Source of the DNA: a virus
Strand: one strand, 5' to 3'
Virus record (IMG/VR): IMGVR_UViG_3300046314_000148
Span: 1 to 64,000 of that record
DNA length: 64,000 nucleotides
The position numbers and the translations under genes were made by a program. A model generated the notes under the pieces. The model saw only the letters and a list, made by a program, of their open reading frames with translations. It searched no databases and had not been told where the DNA came from. This document shows positions 30,452 to 41,869 of this stretch, piece after piece (the first letter of the stretch is position 1; every line of letters begins with the position of its first letter).

Positions 30452-32216
30452 TTTTATCGATGCTCTAAAGTCCGATAACTTTGCAGAGATTCCTGTGGAC
30501 GCAAAAACATTTGTCGAGGGTGAAGCCTATCTAGGCCAGCCACCGCTATCTCAGGTTCAGTACGACATCGTAGAGGCCATGAGCCAGATATATAAGTTAG
30601 AAGACCTAGTTGATTTGCTGGGAGAGGAAGAGGGCAGACGCTATTATAAAAAGTATACTAAGAATGAGATCATTCTTCAGCTTGGCAAGGGATCGGGTAA
30701 GGACTTTACTTCTACTGTTGCTTGCTCCTATATTGTATATAAACTATTATGTCTTAAAGACCCTGCTAGGTATTTTGGTAAACCAAGCGGGGATGCTATT
30801 GATATCATTAACGTTGCGATTAACGCTCAACAAGCAAAGAACGTTTTCTTTAAGGGATTCAAGTCAAAGATTGAAAGATCTCCGTGGTTTGCTGGGAAAT
30901 TCAATGCCAAGGCGGAGAGTATTGAGTTTGACCATTCAATTACAGTCTATTCAGGACACTCTGAAAGAGAATCACATGAGGGCCTTAACCTTTTACTCGC
31001 AGTCCTTGATGAGATTTCTGGTTTTGCTCAGGAGATTGGAACAGGCAATGACCAGGGCAAGACTGCAGATAATATCTATAAAGCTTTCCGTGCGTCAGTA
31101 GATTCACGATTCCCAGACCTTGGTAAGGTTGCCCTACTATCTTTCCCCCGTTATCCTGGAGACTTTATTTCTACCAGATACGATGCAGTAATTGCAGAGA
31201 AAGAGGTTGTGACAAAGCATCACAAGTTTATTATGAATGAAGAGCTTCCAGAAGATTCTGCTGGAAACTCCCTAGAGATCGAGTGGGATGAGGATACTAT
31301 CCTTTCCTATAAGTTCCCAGGAATGTTTGCCCTAAAGCGACCAACCTGGGTAGTAAATCCTACTCGTAAAATCGATGACTTCAAGCTTGCATTCTACACA
31401 GACATCGGAGATGCCATGCAGCGTTTTGCATGTGTCCCAACGTTTGCATCCGATGCTTTCTTTAAGCAGCAGGAAAAAGTTCGTGCATGCATGACCATCC
31501 GTAATCCTATCGACAGTTCAAAGAGATTTGATCCATCGTTTACTCCAGATCCAGACAAGAAGTATTTCGTACACGCTGACCTTGCCCAGAGACACGATAA
31601 GTGTGCTGTTGCAATTGCTCACGTAGAAAAGTGGGTATCTGTCCAGGTAATGAAGGACTATGAGCAAGTAGTGCCAATGGTAGTCGTAGATGCTGTAGTA
31701 TATTGGGAGCCAAAGATTGAGGGCCCAGTAAATCTTTCAGAAGTTAAGCAGTGGATCCAGAACTTGCGTAGACAAGGGTTCGATGTTGGAATGGTCTCAT
31801 TTGACCGCTGGCAATCATTTGATATCCAGAATGAGCTTAAGGCTGTTGGTATTAGAACGGAAACCGTCTCTGTGGCCAAGAAGCACTATGAAGACATGGC
31901 CATGCTAATGTACGAAGAAAGACTCGCCCTCCCTGCTATAGAGCTCCTATTCGAAGAGCTAACAGAGCTAAAGATCATGAAGGGTAATCGAGTAGACCAC
32001 CCGAGAAAGTCTTCTAAGGACCTTGCAGACGCTGTCTGTGGAGCAATCTTCGGAGCCATAAGCCACACCCCAAAGAACAGCAACCTTGAAGTAGAGGTTC
32101 ATACTTTTAGGGATAGGCCAAAGCAAGCACTTGACACCGACCATGGCAATGTGATAAAATATAAGCCTATGCCCAAAGATGTGCAAGATTATCTACAAAG
32201 ATTTGATTTAATTTAA
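30441..32216 (+). CDS. terL: Terminase large subunit
   Basis: LGKGSGKD Walker A, AVLDE Walker B, HADLA nuclease motif, VDHP...KDLADAV. Confidence 0.92.
   Translation: MFNDFIDALKSDNFAEIPVDAKTFVEGEAYLGQPPLSQVQYDIVEAMSQIYKLEDLVDLLGEEEGRRYYKKYTKNEIILQLGKGSGKDFTSTVACSYIVYKLLCLKDPARYFGKPSGDAIDIINVAINAQQAKNVFFKGFKSKIERSPWFAGKFNAKAESIEFDHSITVYSGHSERESHEGLNLLLAVLDEISGFAQEIGTGNDQGKTADNIYKAFRASVDSRFPDLGKVALLSFPRYPGDFISTRYDAVIAEKEVVTKHHKFIMNEELPEDSAGNSLEIEWDEDTILSYKFPGMFALKRPTWVVNPTRKIDDFKLAFYTDIGDAMQRFACVPTFASDAFFKQQEKVRACMTIRNPIDSSKRFDPSFTPDPDKKYFVHADLAQRHDKCAVAIAHVEKWVSVQVMKDYEQVVPMVVVDAVVYWEPKIEGPVNLSEVKQWIQNLRRQGFDVGMVSFDRWQSFDIQNELKAVGIRTETVSVAKKHYEDMAMLMYEERLALPAIELLFEELTELKIMKGNRVDHPRKSSKDLADAVCGAIFGAISHTPKNSNLEVEVHTFRDRPKQALDTDHGNVIKYKPMPKDVQDYLQRFDLI
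32131..32160 (+). promoter_or_regulatory. Promoter inside the terL 3' end
   Basis: TTGACA-18-TAAAAT with TG. Confidence 0.6.
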
Positions 32217-32250
32217 TCAAATAAACAATATAGAAAAGGAAAATAAAAAT

Positions 32251-33189
32251 ATGACTTCACTAAAGAAGCCTCTAATCGCTATTGCAACTGCAGTAGTCCT
32301 TGCTACAACTGCTCTAGTAGCAGCTCCTGCTCTTGCAGTCGGTGCAACCTATGCACTAACTGTTGCAGGATCAGCACCAGCAACTGCTGGCACTACCGAA
32401 GCTGCTGCAATCGCACTTCCAGTTCCTGCAGATAACTCTGTAGACACTGCAGACACTCTAGACTTCGCCCTAACCAGCATCACAGCTGGCGAGGCAGTCA
32501 CCGTAGTAGCCACCGATGCAACTCTGATCGCTGCTGGAACCACTGGTACAATTACTGCATCTACTGGTGTAGCCCGTCTGGACATTGCTACTGGTACTGG
32601 TACCACGGCAGCTTTCAAGGTATATACCAAGACTACTAAGGTAGGCAAGGTTGTTGTTACCGTAGGTGCTGCTAACCCAGTAACTTACTACGTAAAGGGT
32701 ACTGCTGGTGCACTAAATGCCATCACCCTATCAGCACCAACTGCTGCTCTAGGAACTACTGCTAAGGTGACCGCTACTGGTACTGACGTATTCGGCAATG
32801 CTGTTTCTGGTGCAACTGTTGCCCTTCAGGTAATCAACGCTAAGGGAACCAACACCTACTCAGTAACCACTGCAGCTGACGGAACAGCCGTCAAGGACCT
32901 AACTGGTCTATCAGTAGACACCTATGACCTAATCGCAACTGCTACCGTAGCTGCTCAGGTTACTGGTCTTACTACTCCTGCTGGTTTTGTTCGTGGAACC
33001 CTAAAGGTGGTAGACCTAGCTGGTCTAGTTGCAACCAAGGATGCAGAGCTTGCTGTTGCAACCGCAACCATTGCTGACCTAAAGTTGCAGATTGCTGCAC
33101 TAAAGGCTGCAGAGATCAAGAAGTACAACACTCTTGCTGCTAAGTGGAACAAGAAGTTCCCAAAGGCTAAGGTTGTTCTTCGCAAGTAA
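32251..33189 (+). CDS. Exported Ala/Thr-rich surface protein with an Ig-like domain
   Basis: Sec signal peptide (KK + hydrophobic + ALA); DVFGNAVSGATV Big-like motif; basic coiled-coil C-terminus. Confidence 0.7.
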   Translation: MTSLKKPLIAIATAVVLATTALVAAPALAVGATYALTVAGSAPATAGTTEAAAIALPVPADNSVDTADTLDFALTSITAGEAVTVVATDATLIAAGTTGTITASTGVARLDIATGTGTTAAFKVYTKTTKVGKVVVTVGAANPVTYYVKGTAGALNAITLSAPTAALGTTAKVTATGTDVFGNAVSGATVALQVINAKGTNTYSVTTAADGTAVKDLTGLSVDTYDLIATATVAAQVTGLTTPAGFVRGTLKVVDLAGLVATKDAELAVATATIADLKLQIAALKAAEIKKYNTLAAKWNKKFPKAKVVLRK

Positions 33190-33206
33190 TTAAGATATAC
33201 TTGATT

Positions 33207-33235
33207 GGGGAAGGCTAAAAACCTTCCCCTTTCTT
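33207..33235 (+). terminator. Intrinsic terminator
   Basis: GGGGAAGG/CCTTCCCC stem + TTTCTT. Confidence 0.75.
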
Positions 33236-33267
33236 GTCTTCAAATGTAAAAAATGGAGTTAGAATAG

Positions 33268-33652
33268 ATGTCTATCCAAATCGTATACTTCTCAAATTAC
33301 TCAGAAAATACCAAGAGATTTGTAGAAAAGATAACAGGTTCAGCTGTTAGAATCCCCATCAAGGGGGACAGCCCAAGGGCTAGCAGGGAATATATTCTTT
33401 GCGTTCCAACCTACGGTGGTGGTAGTATTAAGTCTGCCATACCAAGACAGGTTAAAGAGTTTTTAAATGTCCCTGAGAATAGGGATCTCCTTCGTGGAGT
33501 TATAGGTTTAGGCAACACAAATTTTGGAGAAGACTACTGCAAGGCTGCAGAGTTAATCTCACAAAAAACTGGGGTACCAGTAATAGCCAAAGTGGAAATC
33601 TTTGGTACAGACGACGATGTAAATAAAGTAAAAGAAAGGCTAGGTCTGCTAT

Positions 33653-33660
<8 letters not shown>
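33268..33660 (+). CDS. nrdI: NrdI flavodoxin
   Basis: [25 protein letters not shown]. Confidence 0.95.
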
Positions 33661-36726
<3,066 letters not shown>

Positions 36727-36740
36727 GTCATAAAGCAGCG

Positions 36741-36766
36741 GAGGCATCCTACGGGGTGCCTCTTTT
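36741..36766 (+). terminator. Intrinsic terminator after nrdF
   Basis: GAGGCATCC-TACG-GGGTGCCTC + TTTT. Confidence 0.8.
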
Positions 36767-36826
36767 GCTGTTTAAACGATGATATAATTATCTTGTTAGT
36801 CATACCCCACTAACAAGGAGATCATC

Positions 36827-38611
36827 ATCAAAACCCCAAGACTGTTAGCAGCAATTTCTATGGCATTCCTGCCATTGTTTTTTGCTATGCCAGCTATGGC
36901 AGAAGACGTACCTGCAGAACCAGTTGTGGTTGTGGTTACAACTCCTGGAGGAGATGACTCATCCTACCAAGTACCCCTGACGACTACCGTAACCTTCGAT
37001 GGTGTTGTCTATGATCAGGTATTTGCTACAACTAACTCGGTAATTACTTTTGGTAGACCAGACGGAACTTACTGGGCATATCCAGCTACCCCATCAATTA
37101 GCCTTTACTCAATGGACTGGGTTGTATTCCCCTGGGCACGTCCAGACGAGCACCTGACCATCTCGGCATCTGATGGTGGCTTTCAGGTAGATATTTCTGC
37201 TAGACCTATCTGGCTACAGCAAGCCACAGAGCCAACAAATATCAATATCGTTGCTGCCATTAATACAGATGGAACAGTGTCAATATCTTATTCTTTAACT
37301 GGTCCAACCTACGAAGGTCAGACAAGAACTGGTGTTCGTCTTACAAATGGAGATGTAGTTACCCTAGAAGAGTATGGAGTCGTCCGTGTTGAGGAGCCGC
37401 CAGTACTTGAGCCAGAGCCAGTAGTTCCTACACCTACCCCATCACCAGAATCTACAGATGTTCCAGTAGATCCAACACCAACACCAACTCCAACTATTGA
37501 TCCTACACCAACCCCTATTCCAGAGCCTACAGTAGAGCCTACCCAGGAGCCAACCCCAGAGCCTATTCCAAGACCAGTTGTTCCAGAGGGGGCAACAATT
37601 ATATCAGAAGGTTCAAGCATTGAGGTGGTTGCTCCAGCAGGACAGAGAATTGTTAGCATAATGGCCTGGTATGGAGACCCAGATAATGCCACCCGAGGCA
37701 TTGACGTATCCTCTACATTGACACAGCTCGCTTCTGGGCAGACGTCAGTAACCATAGAGTCTTCCAATATGTATGGAGATCCAGCAGGAGGAACTGTAAA
37801 GGTGCTAATATTCCTGCCAACGTATGAGCAGATCCCAACCCCAGAACCAACTCCTACCCCAGAGCCAACACCTACAGTGCCACCAGTGGTAGTTTCAGAG
37901 CCAACACCTACGCCTGCTCCAACACCAGAACCTCGGCCTGCTCCTCAGCCTGCACCAGAACCAGCCCCTGCACCAAGCCCAGAGCCTGCTCCTCCAGTTG
38001 TAGAGCCAGAACCACCTGTTGCAGAACCAGAGCCTCCAGTCGTAACCCCAGAACCGCCAGTAGTAGAACCAGAACCACCTGTTGTAGAGCCAGAGCCACA
38101 ACCAAAGCCTCCTGCAGAGCCAGAGCCCCAGCCTGAGCCAGCACCAGAGCCTCCTGCAGAAGAATCGGCGGTAGCGGAGATTTCAAGTCTGGTAGAAACT
38201 GCACCAGAAGATCTAACAGACGCACAAATAGAACAGCTTGTAGAAGCAGCTATGGTTGTATTCGAAACAGCAGAGCAGGGCTCACCAGCCTATGAGCAAG
38301 CACTTGAAGCTCTGGTAGTAGCAGCAGAGGCAGACGATGCTGAGCTACCATCTGAGCTTGCAGCAATCCCACTACTTGGAGATGTTGCTGGAGCAGCCCT
38401 AGAAGTCTTTAATAATCTTGGTAACGTCGGTGCCGATATGGCACCTGCAGTCCGTGAGGAAGCAGAGAAGACAGTTATCGCATCCGTTATCGCAACTGGA
38501 GCAGCAGTGAATGCTGTTGCAGCAGCAGCTACGGCAGCATCTGGATCAGCAGGAGGGGCCTCATCTGGAGGATCTTCAGGTGGGTCAGGATCAACAAGGA
38601 GAAAAGAATAA
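36827..38611 (+). CDS. Exported Pro/Glu/Thr-rich protein with a C-terminal hydrophobic anchor; probable ATC start (first ATG 36860)
   Basis: Signal peptide; two globular domains; two long PEP/PTP tracts; C-terminal hydrophobic segment ending RRKE. Confidence 0.75.
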   Translation: MKTPRLLAAISMAFLPLFFAMPAMAEDVPAEPVVVVVTTPGGDDSSYQVPLTTTVTFDGVVYDQVFATTNSVITFGRPDGTYWAYPATPSISLYSMDWVVFPWARPDEHLTISASDGGFQVDISARPIWLQQATEPTNINIVAAINTDGTVSISYSLTGPTYEGQTRTGVRLTNGDVVTLEEYGVVRVEEPPVLEPEPVVPTPTPSPESTDVPVDPTPTPTPTIDPTPTPIPEPTVEPTQEPTPEPIPRPVVPEGATIISEGSSIEVVAPAGQRIVSIMAWYGDPDNATRGIDVSSTLTQLASGQTSVTIESSNMYGDPAGGTVKVLIFLPTYEQIPTPEPTPTPEPTPTVPPVVVSEPTPTPAPTPEPRPAPQPAPEPAPAPSPEPAPPVVEPEPPVAEPEPPVVTPEPPVVEPEPPVVEPEPQPKPPAEPEPQPEPAPEPPAEESAVAEISSLVETAPEDLTDAQIEQLVEAAMVVFETAEQGSPAYEQALEALVVAAEADDAELPSELAAIPLLGDVAGAALEVFNNLGNVGADMAPAVREEAEKTVIASVIATGAAVNAVAAAATAASGSAGGASSGGSSGGSGSTRRKE

Positions 38612-38612
38612 T

Positions 38613-38780
38613 ATGAAGAAATTCTTAAATGATATTCTAGGCCAGGCATGGACCCTATTGGGTATGTTTGTAGCCTGGGTGGTCCTCGAAGGGTCTGCAA
38701 AGACTATCGTGGGCTATTGCATCTTGGGAACGCTAGGCCTATGGGCGGTGACGTATCCCCTGAGAAAGGACGGTGAATAA
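38613..38780 (+). CDS. Small two-TM membrane protein
   Basis: MKKFLNDILGQAWTLLGMFVAWVVLEG; follows the Pro-rich gene. Confidence 0.7.
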   Translation: MKKFLNDILGQAWTLLGMFVAWVVLEGSAKTIVGYCILGTLGLWAVTYPLRKDGE

Positions 38781-38909
38781 TAATATGTATAAATATTATT
38801 TGACACTACAAGAAACAAATAGAAAGCTTGATAATTCAGCAGTGAGGTACCAAGCCAAGTAAAAGCAACAAACCATTTAGATTTAACCCCAAGTAGAAAG
38901 GAATCAAAA

Positions 38910-39185
38910 ATGGATGAATTAGAAACTGGTGTAGCAGGAGGACTTGCTACTATCAAAAACGTAATCTGGAGAATCCTGGCTGTATTTGCAGCTTCAGGTC
39001 TATCAGTTCTAGGTGCAGGTGCCGTAGTTGGCGTTCAGCTTCTAGATGCTGTCTTTATGGCAGGTATCCTTGGTGTGGCCACGGTAGTTGAGAAGCTAGC
39101 TAGAGCCTTCCTCGAGGATGGAAAGCTGACTCTGGATGAGATTAATGCTGCCTTTGCTAAGGTAGATAAGAACTCGGAGCAGTAA
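38910..39185 (+). CDS. Holin-like membrane protein
   Basis: Two TM segments + DGKLTLDEINAAF; SD AAGGA. Confidence 0.55.
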   Translation: MDELETGVAGGLATIKNVIWRILAVFAASGLSVLGAGAVVGVQLLDAVFMAGILGVATVVEKLARAFLEDGKLTLDEINAAFAKVDKNSEQ

Positions 39186-39214
39186 ACAAAGCCCTTAGTC
39201 CCAACCAACCCCCG

Positions 39215-39270
39215 AAGACCCCTTCTTTTTAGTGTATACTGTATGGAAACACTATAAAGGAGGGGTTTTT
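39215..39270 (+). terminator. Long hairpin / terminator
   Basis: AAGACCCCTTCTTT..TAGTGT pairs with ACACTA..AAAGGAGGGGTTTT. Confidence 0.55.
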
Positions 39271-39281
39271 TAAAATAATGC

Positions 39282-39310
39282 TTGACATCCACGTTTGAAG
39301 AGGGTAGAAT
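39282..39310 (+). promoter_or_regulatory. SigA-type promoter, leaderless start at 39317
   Basis: TTGACA-17-TAGAAT-N6-ATG. Confidence 0.7.
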
Positions 39311-39316
39311 ATATAC

Positions 39317-39505
39317 ATGAGCACAGATGAAAAAAATGTAAGACAAGAAGTCTGGGAATGGCTTCAGGTGGGCATAGATAAGGGCTGGGTTACCGAGCCT
39401 TTCTGCTACACACATGACGGAGATCCGTACATGTCCGAAGAAGAAGAAAAAGAATGGGAAGACGGCGGAGACCCGTGTGCCCCAGTAATCAAAATTCTAG
39501 CATAG
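39317..39505 (+). CDS. Small acidic phage protein
   Basis: WLQVGIDKGWV...FCYTHDG...GGDPC. Confidence 0.65.
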   Translation: MSTDEKNVRQEVWEWLQVGIDKGWVTEPFCYTHDGDPYMSEEEEKEWEDGGDPCAPVIKILA

Positions 39506-39516
39506 AAAATAAGGGT

Positions 39517-40290
39517 ATGAAAAAACTAATCATTGTACTATCAGCACTAGCACTATCAGCCACAGTTGTTCCAGCACAAGCAGAGACAAAATCTTTGGCA
39601 ATTATCGATTCCTACTTTGACAACGCAACTGTCTGCGTAGCCACAGCTGGATGCAACATCACACTGGCCTCTAAGCCAGCACTAATTTCTAACCCAGCAA
39701 ACCATGGCAATGGAATGGTAGAGGTTGCAAAGCGACAGAATCCATCCCTGAGCATCGTTACAGTTCGCTCAGCTAACACTACGGCTAAGGCCACTAATGA
39801 GATGACTACTGGAGACTTTATCCGTGCACTTGATTGGGTGAACAACAATTCATCTAGCATTGGTGCCGTGTCAATCTCTAGGGCTTTTAATGGAAACAAG
39901 GCTTGCTCTCCTAATACAGCAGGAACAGTAGAGTTCGGTGGTGCCGTAAAGGCAGACCTAAAGATCAAGGAACTGATTGCATCACTATCTGCCAAGGGTA
40001 TCCCAGTCTTTGCTGCAACTGGAAACAAGTTTAACGGTCCAGTAGACTACCCAGCATGTTTGCCACAGACTAACTCAGTTGGAGTAGGATCTTTGAACAA
40101 GGTAGGGGCACCAGTGAGTGCATATTCATTTAATGCAGATACAGACTACTTTGCATCAGCATCAGTCTATTCATTTAAGTCACCATTGTTTGGACTGATT
40201 CCAAACACGACATCAGCAGGTAACGTTGCCGTTGCTGCAAAGTATCTTACAGGAACGCTTGACAACAAGTTTGTAAATGTGATACCATAG
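39517..40290 (+). CDS. Secreted subtilisin-like (S8) peptidase
   Basis: Signal peptide; AIIDS (Asp), NHGNGM (His), AATGN oxyanion motif, YPAC, TTSAG (Ser). Confidence 0.75.
   Translation: MKKLIIVLSALALSATVVPAQAETKSLAIIDSYFDNATVCVATAGCNITLASKPALISNPANHGNGMVEVAKRQNPSLSIVTVRSANTTAKATNEMTTGDFIRALDWVNNNSSSIGAVSISRAFNGNKACSPNTAGTVEFGGAVKADLKIKELIASLSAKGIPVFAATGNKFNGPVDYPACLPQTNSVGVGSLNKVGAPVSAYSFNADTDYFASASVYSFKSPLFGLIPNTTSAGNVAVAAKYLTGTLDNKFVNVIP
40259..40288 (+). promoter_or_regulatory. Promoter for tRNA cluster 1
   Basis: TTGACA-18-TACCAT with TG, inside the S8 3' end. Confidence 0.55.
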
Positions 40291-40322
40291 TATCAAAGGA
40301 AGTCCATCCTTAAACGGACGAT

Positions 40323-40395
40323 TGGGACATAGCTCAGCTGGCAGAGCGTTCGACTGTTAATCGAAATGTCGCAGGTTCGATCCCTGCTGTCCCAG
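40323..40395 (+). tRNA. tRNA-Asn(GTT)
   Basis: Cloverleaf; TTCGA-CTGTTAA-TCGAA anticodon arm; GTTCGA T-loop. Confidence 0.95.
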
Positions 40396-40445
40396 CTAAT
40401 GGTTCCACTTGCACCACTCCTGGGTATGGGATAAAAGCAAGTAAT

Positions 40446-40516
40446 GCGGACGTTGCATAATGGTAGTGCCTCATCCTTCCAAGTTGAAGGTGCCAGTTCG
40501 ATTCTGGTCGTCCGCT
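40446..40516 (+). tRNA. tRNA-Gly(TCC)
   Basis: GCGGACG/CGTCCGC acceptor stem; CTTCCAA loop; U73. Confidence 0.93.
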
Positions 40517-40529
40517 CTATAGGCTAATC

Positions 40530-40678
40530 ACCTATACGCATGAGGAAGTCGTTAAATTTCTCGGTTCTAAGTGACTTTATACTTAGCGTGTAGGTAATCT
40601 CACGATATAGGTTCGGGGCTGGTCACCTGTCTTATGGAACGACTCAGGGATATAGATCTGATTAATCTGATATCCCCC
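40530..40678 (+). ncRNA. Candidate structured RNA between tRNA-Gly and tRNA-Asp
   Basis: 66-nt interrupted hairpin 40530-40595 plus two further stems; no convincing ORF. Confidence 0.45.
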
Positions 40679-40680
40679 CT

Positions 40681-40757
40681 GGCTTCATAGCTCAATTGGT
40701 TAGAGCACCGCCCTGTCACGGCGGAGGTTGACGGTTCAAGTCCGTTTGGAGTCGCCA
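40681..40757 (+). tRNA. tRNA-Asp(GTC), CCA encoded
   Basis: CCGCC-CTGTCAC-GGCGG anticodon arm. Confidence 0.95.
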
Positions 40758-40925
40758 TCAGAGTTTGCTACTCTGGGAAGGCTGATAGACCTTTTAAAAC
40801 GTCTATCCGTATATCTGGAGATCGTTAAGTATCAGGTGTCGCCACTACGGACCTTTGTAGAGGCAGTTGTTAGTGCTGGTCTCACTAACCAGCGGACAGA
40901 GGAAGTCGCTTTCCTTGTGTCCGCA
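40758..40925 (+). ncRNA. Candidate six-hairpin RNA between tRNA-Asp and tRNA-Thr
   Basis: Six consecutive stems fill the whole spacer. Confidence 0.5.
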
Positions 40926-40928
40926 CAT

Positions 40929-41004
40929 GCCGCCTTAGCTCATCTGGTAGAGCGACGCACTTGTAATGCGTAGGTGGTCGGTTCGAGTCCGACAGGTGGC
41001 TCCA
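40929..41004 (+). tRNA. tRNA-Thr(TGT), CCA encoded
   Basis: ACGCA-CTTGTAA-TGCGT anticodon arm. Confidence 0.95.
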
Positions 41005-41023
41005 AGCATTAAGGAAGTGTGTC

Positions 41024-41869
41024 ATGAACCAAGCGGTATTCACGTCATTTGACGAAAACTACTCTGACTATGCATTGGTAATGGTCAAGACATTTTGTGA
41101 AAATTATCACGGAGACCCTATAGATCTTTATTGCCTAGTCCCAGAAGACATCCAGCAGCTGCAGCAGGAATACATTGAAAAGTGTGGGAACCCAAATAAT
41201 GTTGTCATTCGTTTCGTAACTCTAGAGAAGCAGAAGCAGATTCAGGATAGGTTCTCTGACGATGATGTGTCTATATCCTACATTACGCTACAATGCTTTC
41301 ATCGAATATTTATTGCAGACTCGTTTCCAGATCTAGATGTTGCTATCTATATAGATCCAGATACAATCATTCTTAGAGATGTTCAGTCGCTGATAGATTA
41401 TCCATTAGCCTCTGTCATAGCTGCAAGATCGGAGAGCATAGATGACCACAAGATTTCTGTAGTTGGTGTGGACGGCATTTACTTTAACAATGGGGTATAT
41501 AAGACAGACTTAAATTTCTGGAGGTCAGAGCAGTTGGCAGATAAAATGCTCGATAGGCTTACTACTCATGGGATAACCCTGTATCCAGAACAAGACCTAA
41601 TGAATATCTTCCTAGCAGGCCACGTAGCAGAGCTGCCAATCAACTTTAACTTTTCATCTTGGCTAAGCACTATTGGATTTTTTAGTCACACGGTACCAAA
41701 CCCAATGATTCTGCACTTTGCAGGACCAGACAAGCCATGGAAAAACCATAGCCTGGAAAAGAATTGGACAGCTATCTGGAGAAGCAAATACGAAGAAATT
41801 TTTGGGGATAAGGCAGAGCATATCAAGGACTTTGAAAATCTTTACACATACGACATGGGGGACAAGTAA
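41024..41869 (+). CDS. Glycosyltransferase family 8
   Basis: IYIDPD, YFNNGV, PEQDLMN, ILHFAGPDKPW. Confidence 0.9.
   Translation: MNQAVFTSFDENYSDYALVMVKTFCENYHGDPIDLYCLVPEDIQQLQQEYIEKCGNPNNVVIRFVTLEKQKQIQDRFSDDDVSISYITLQCFHRIFIADSFPDLDVAIYIDPDTIILRDVQSLIDYPLASVIAARSESIDDHKISVVGVDGIYFNNGVYKTDLNFWRSEQLADKMLDRLTTHGITLYPEQDLMNIFLAGHVAELPINFNFSSWLSTIGFFSHTVPNPMILHFAGPDKPWKNHSLEKNWTAIWRSKYEEIFGDKAEHIKDFENLYTYDMGDK

Noticed and set aside
37400-38160. CCAGAG/CCAACA-type DNA repeats as a non-coding repeat array
   Set aside because: Fully explained by Pro-Glu/Pro-Thr codons, with varied third positions
38785-38862. 25-codon ORF MYKYYLTLQ... in the gap before the holin-like gene
   Set aside because: No clear SD or promoter spacing and no motif; cannot be supported
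39243-39257. Four-codon minigene ATG GAA ACA CTA TAA after a TATACT box
   Set aside because: It lies inside a terminator-like hairpin, and the spacing does not fit the 6-nt leaderless rule
40398-40445. HDV-like (theta) ribozyme after tRNA-Asn
   Set aside because: P2/P3-like pairings can be drawn, but the linker (TAAAA) has no catalytic C and there is no P1.1 GG; kept only as a generic pseudoknot
40728-40973. 81-aa ORF in tRNA cluster 1 (likewise 57527-57712, 57661-57861 and 60831-61028)
   Set aside because: They overlap clear tRNA genes, so they are not credible CDSs
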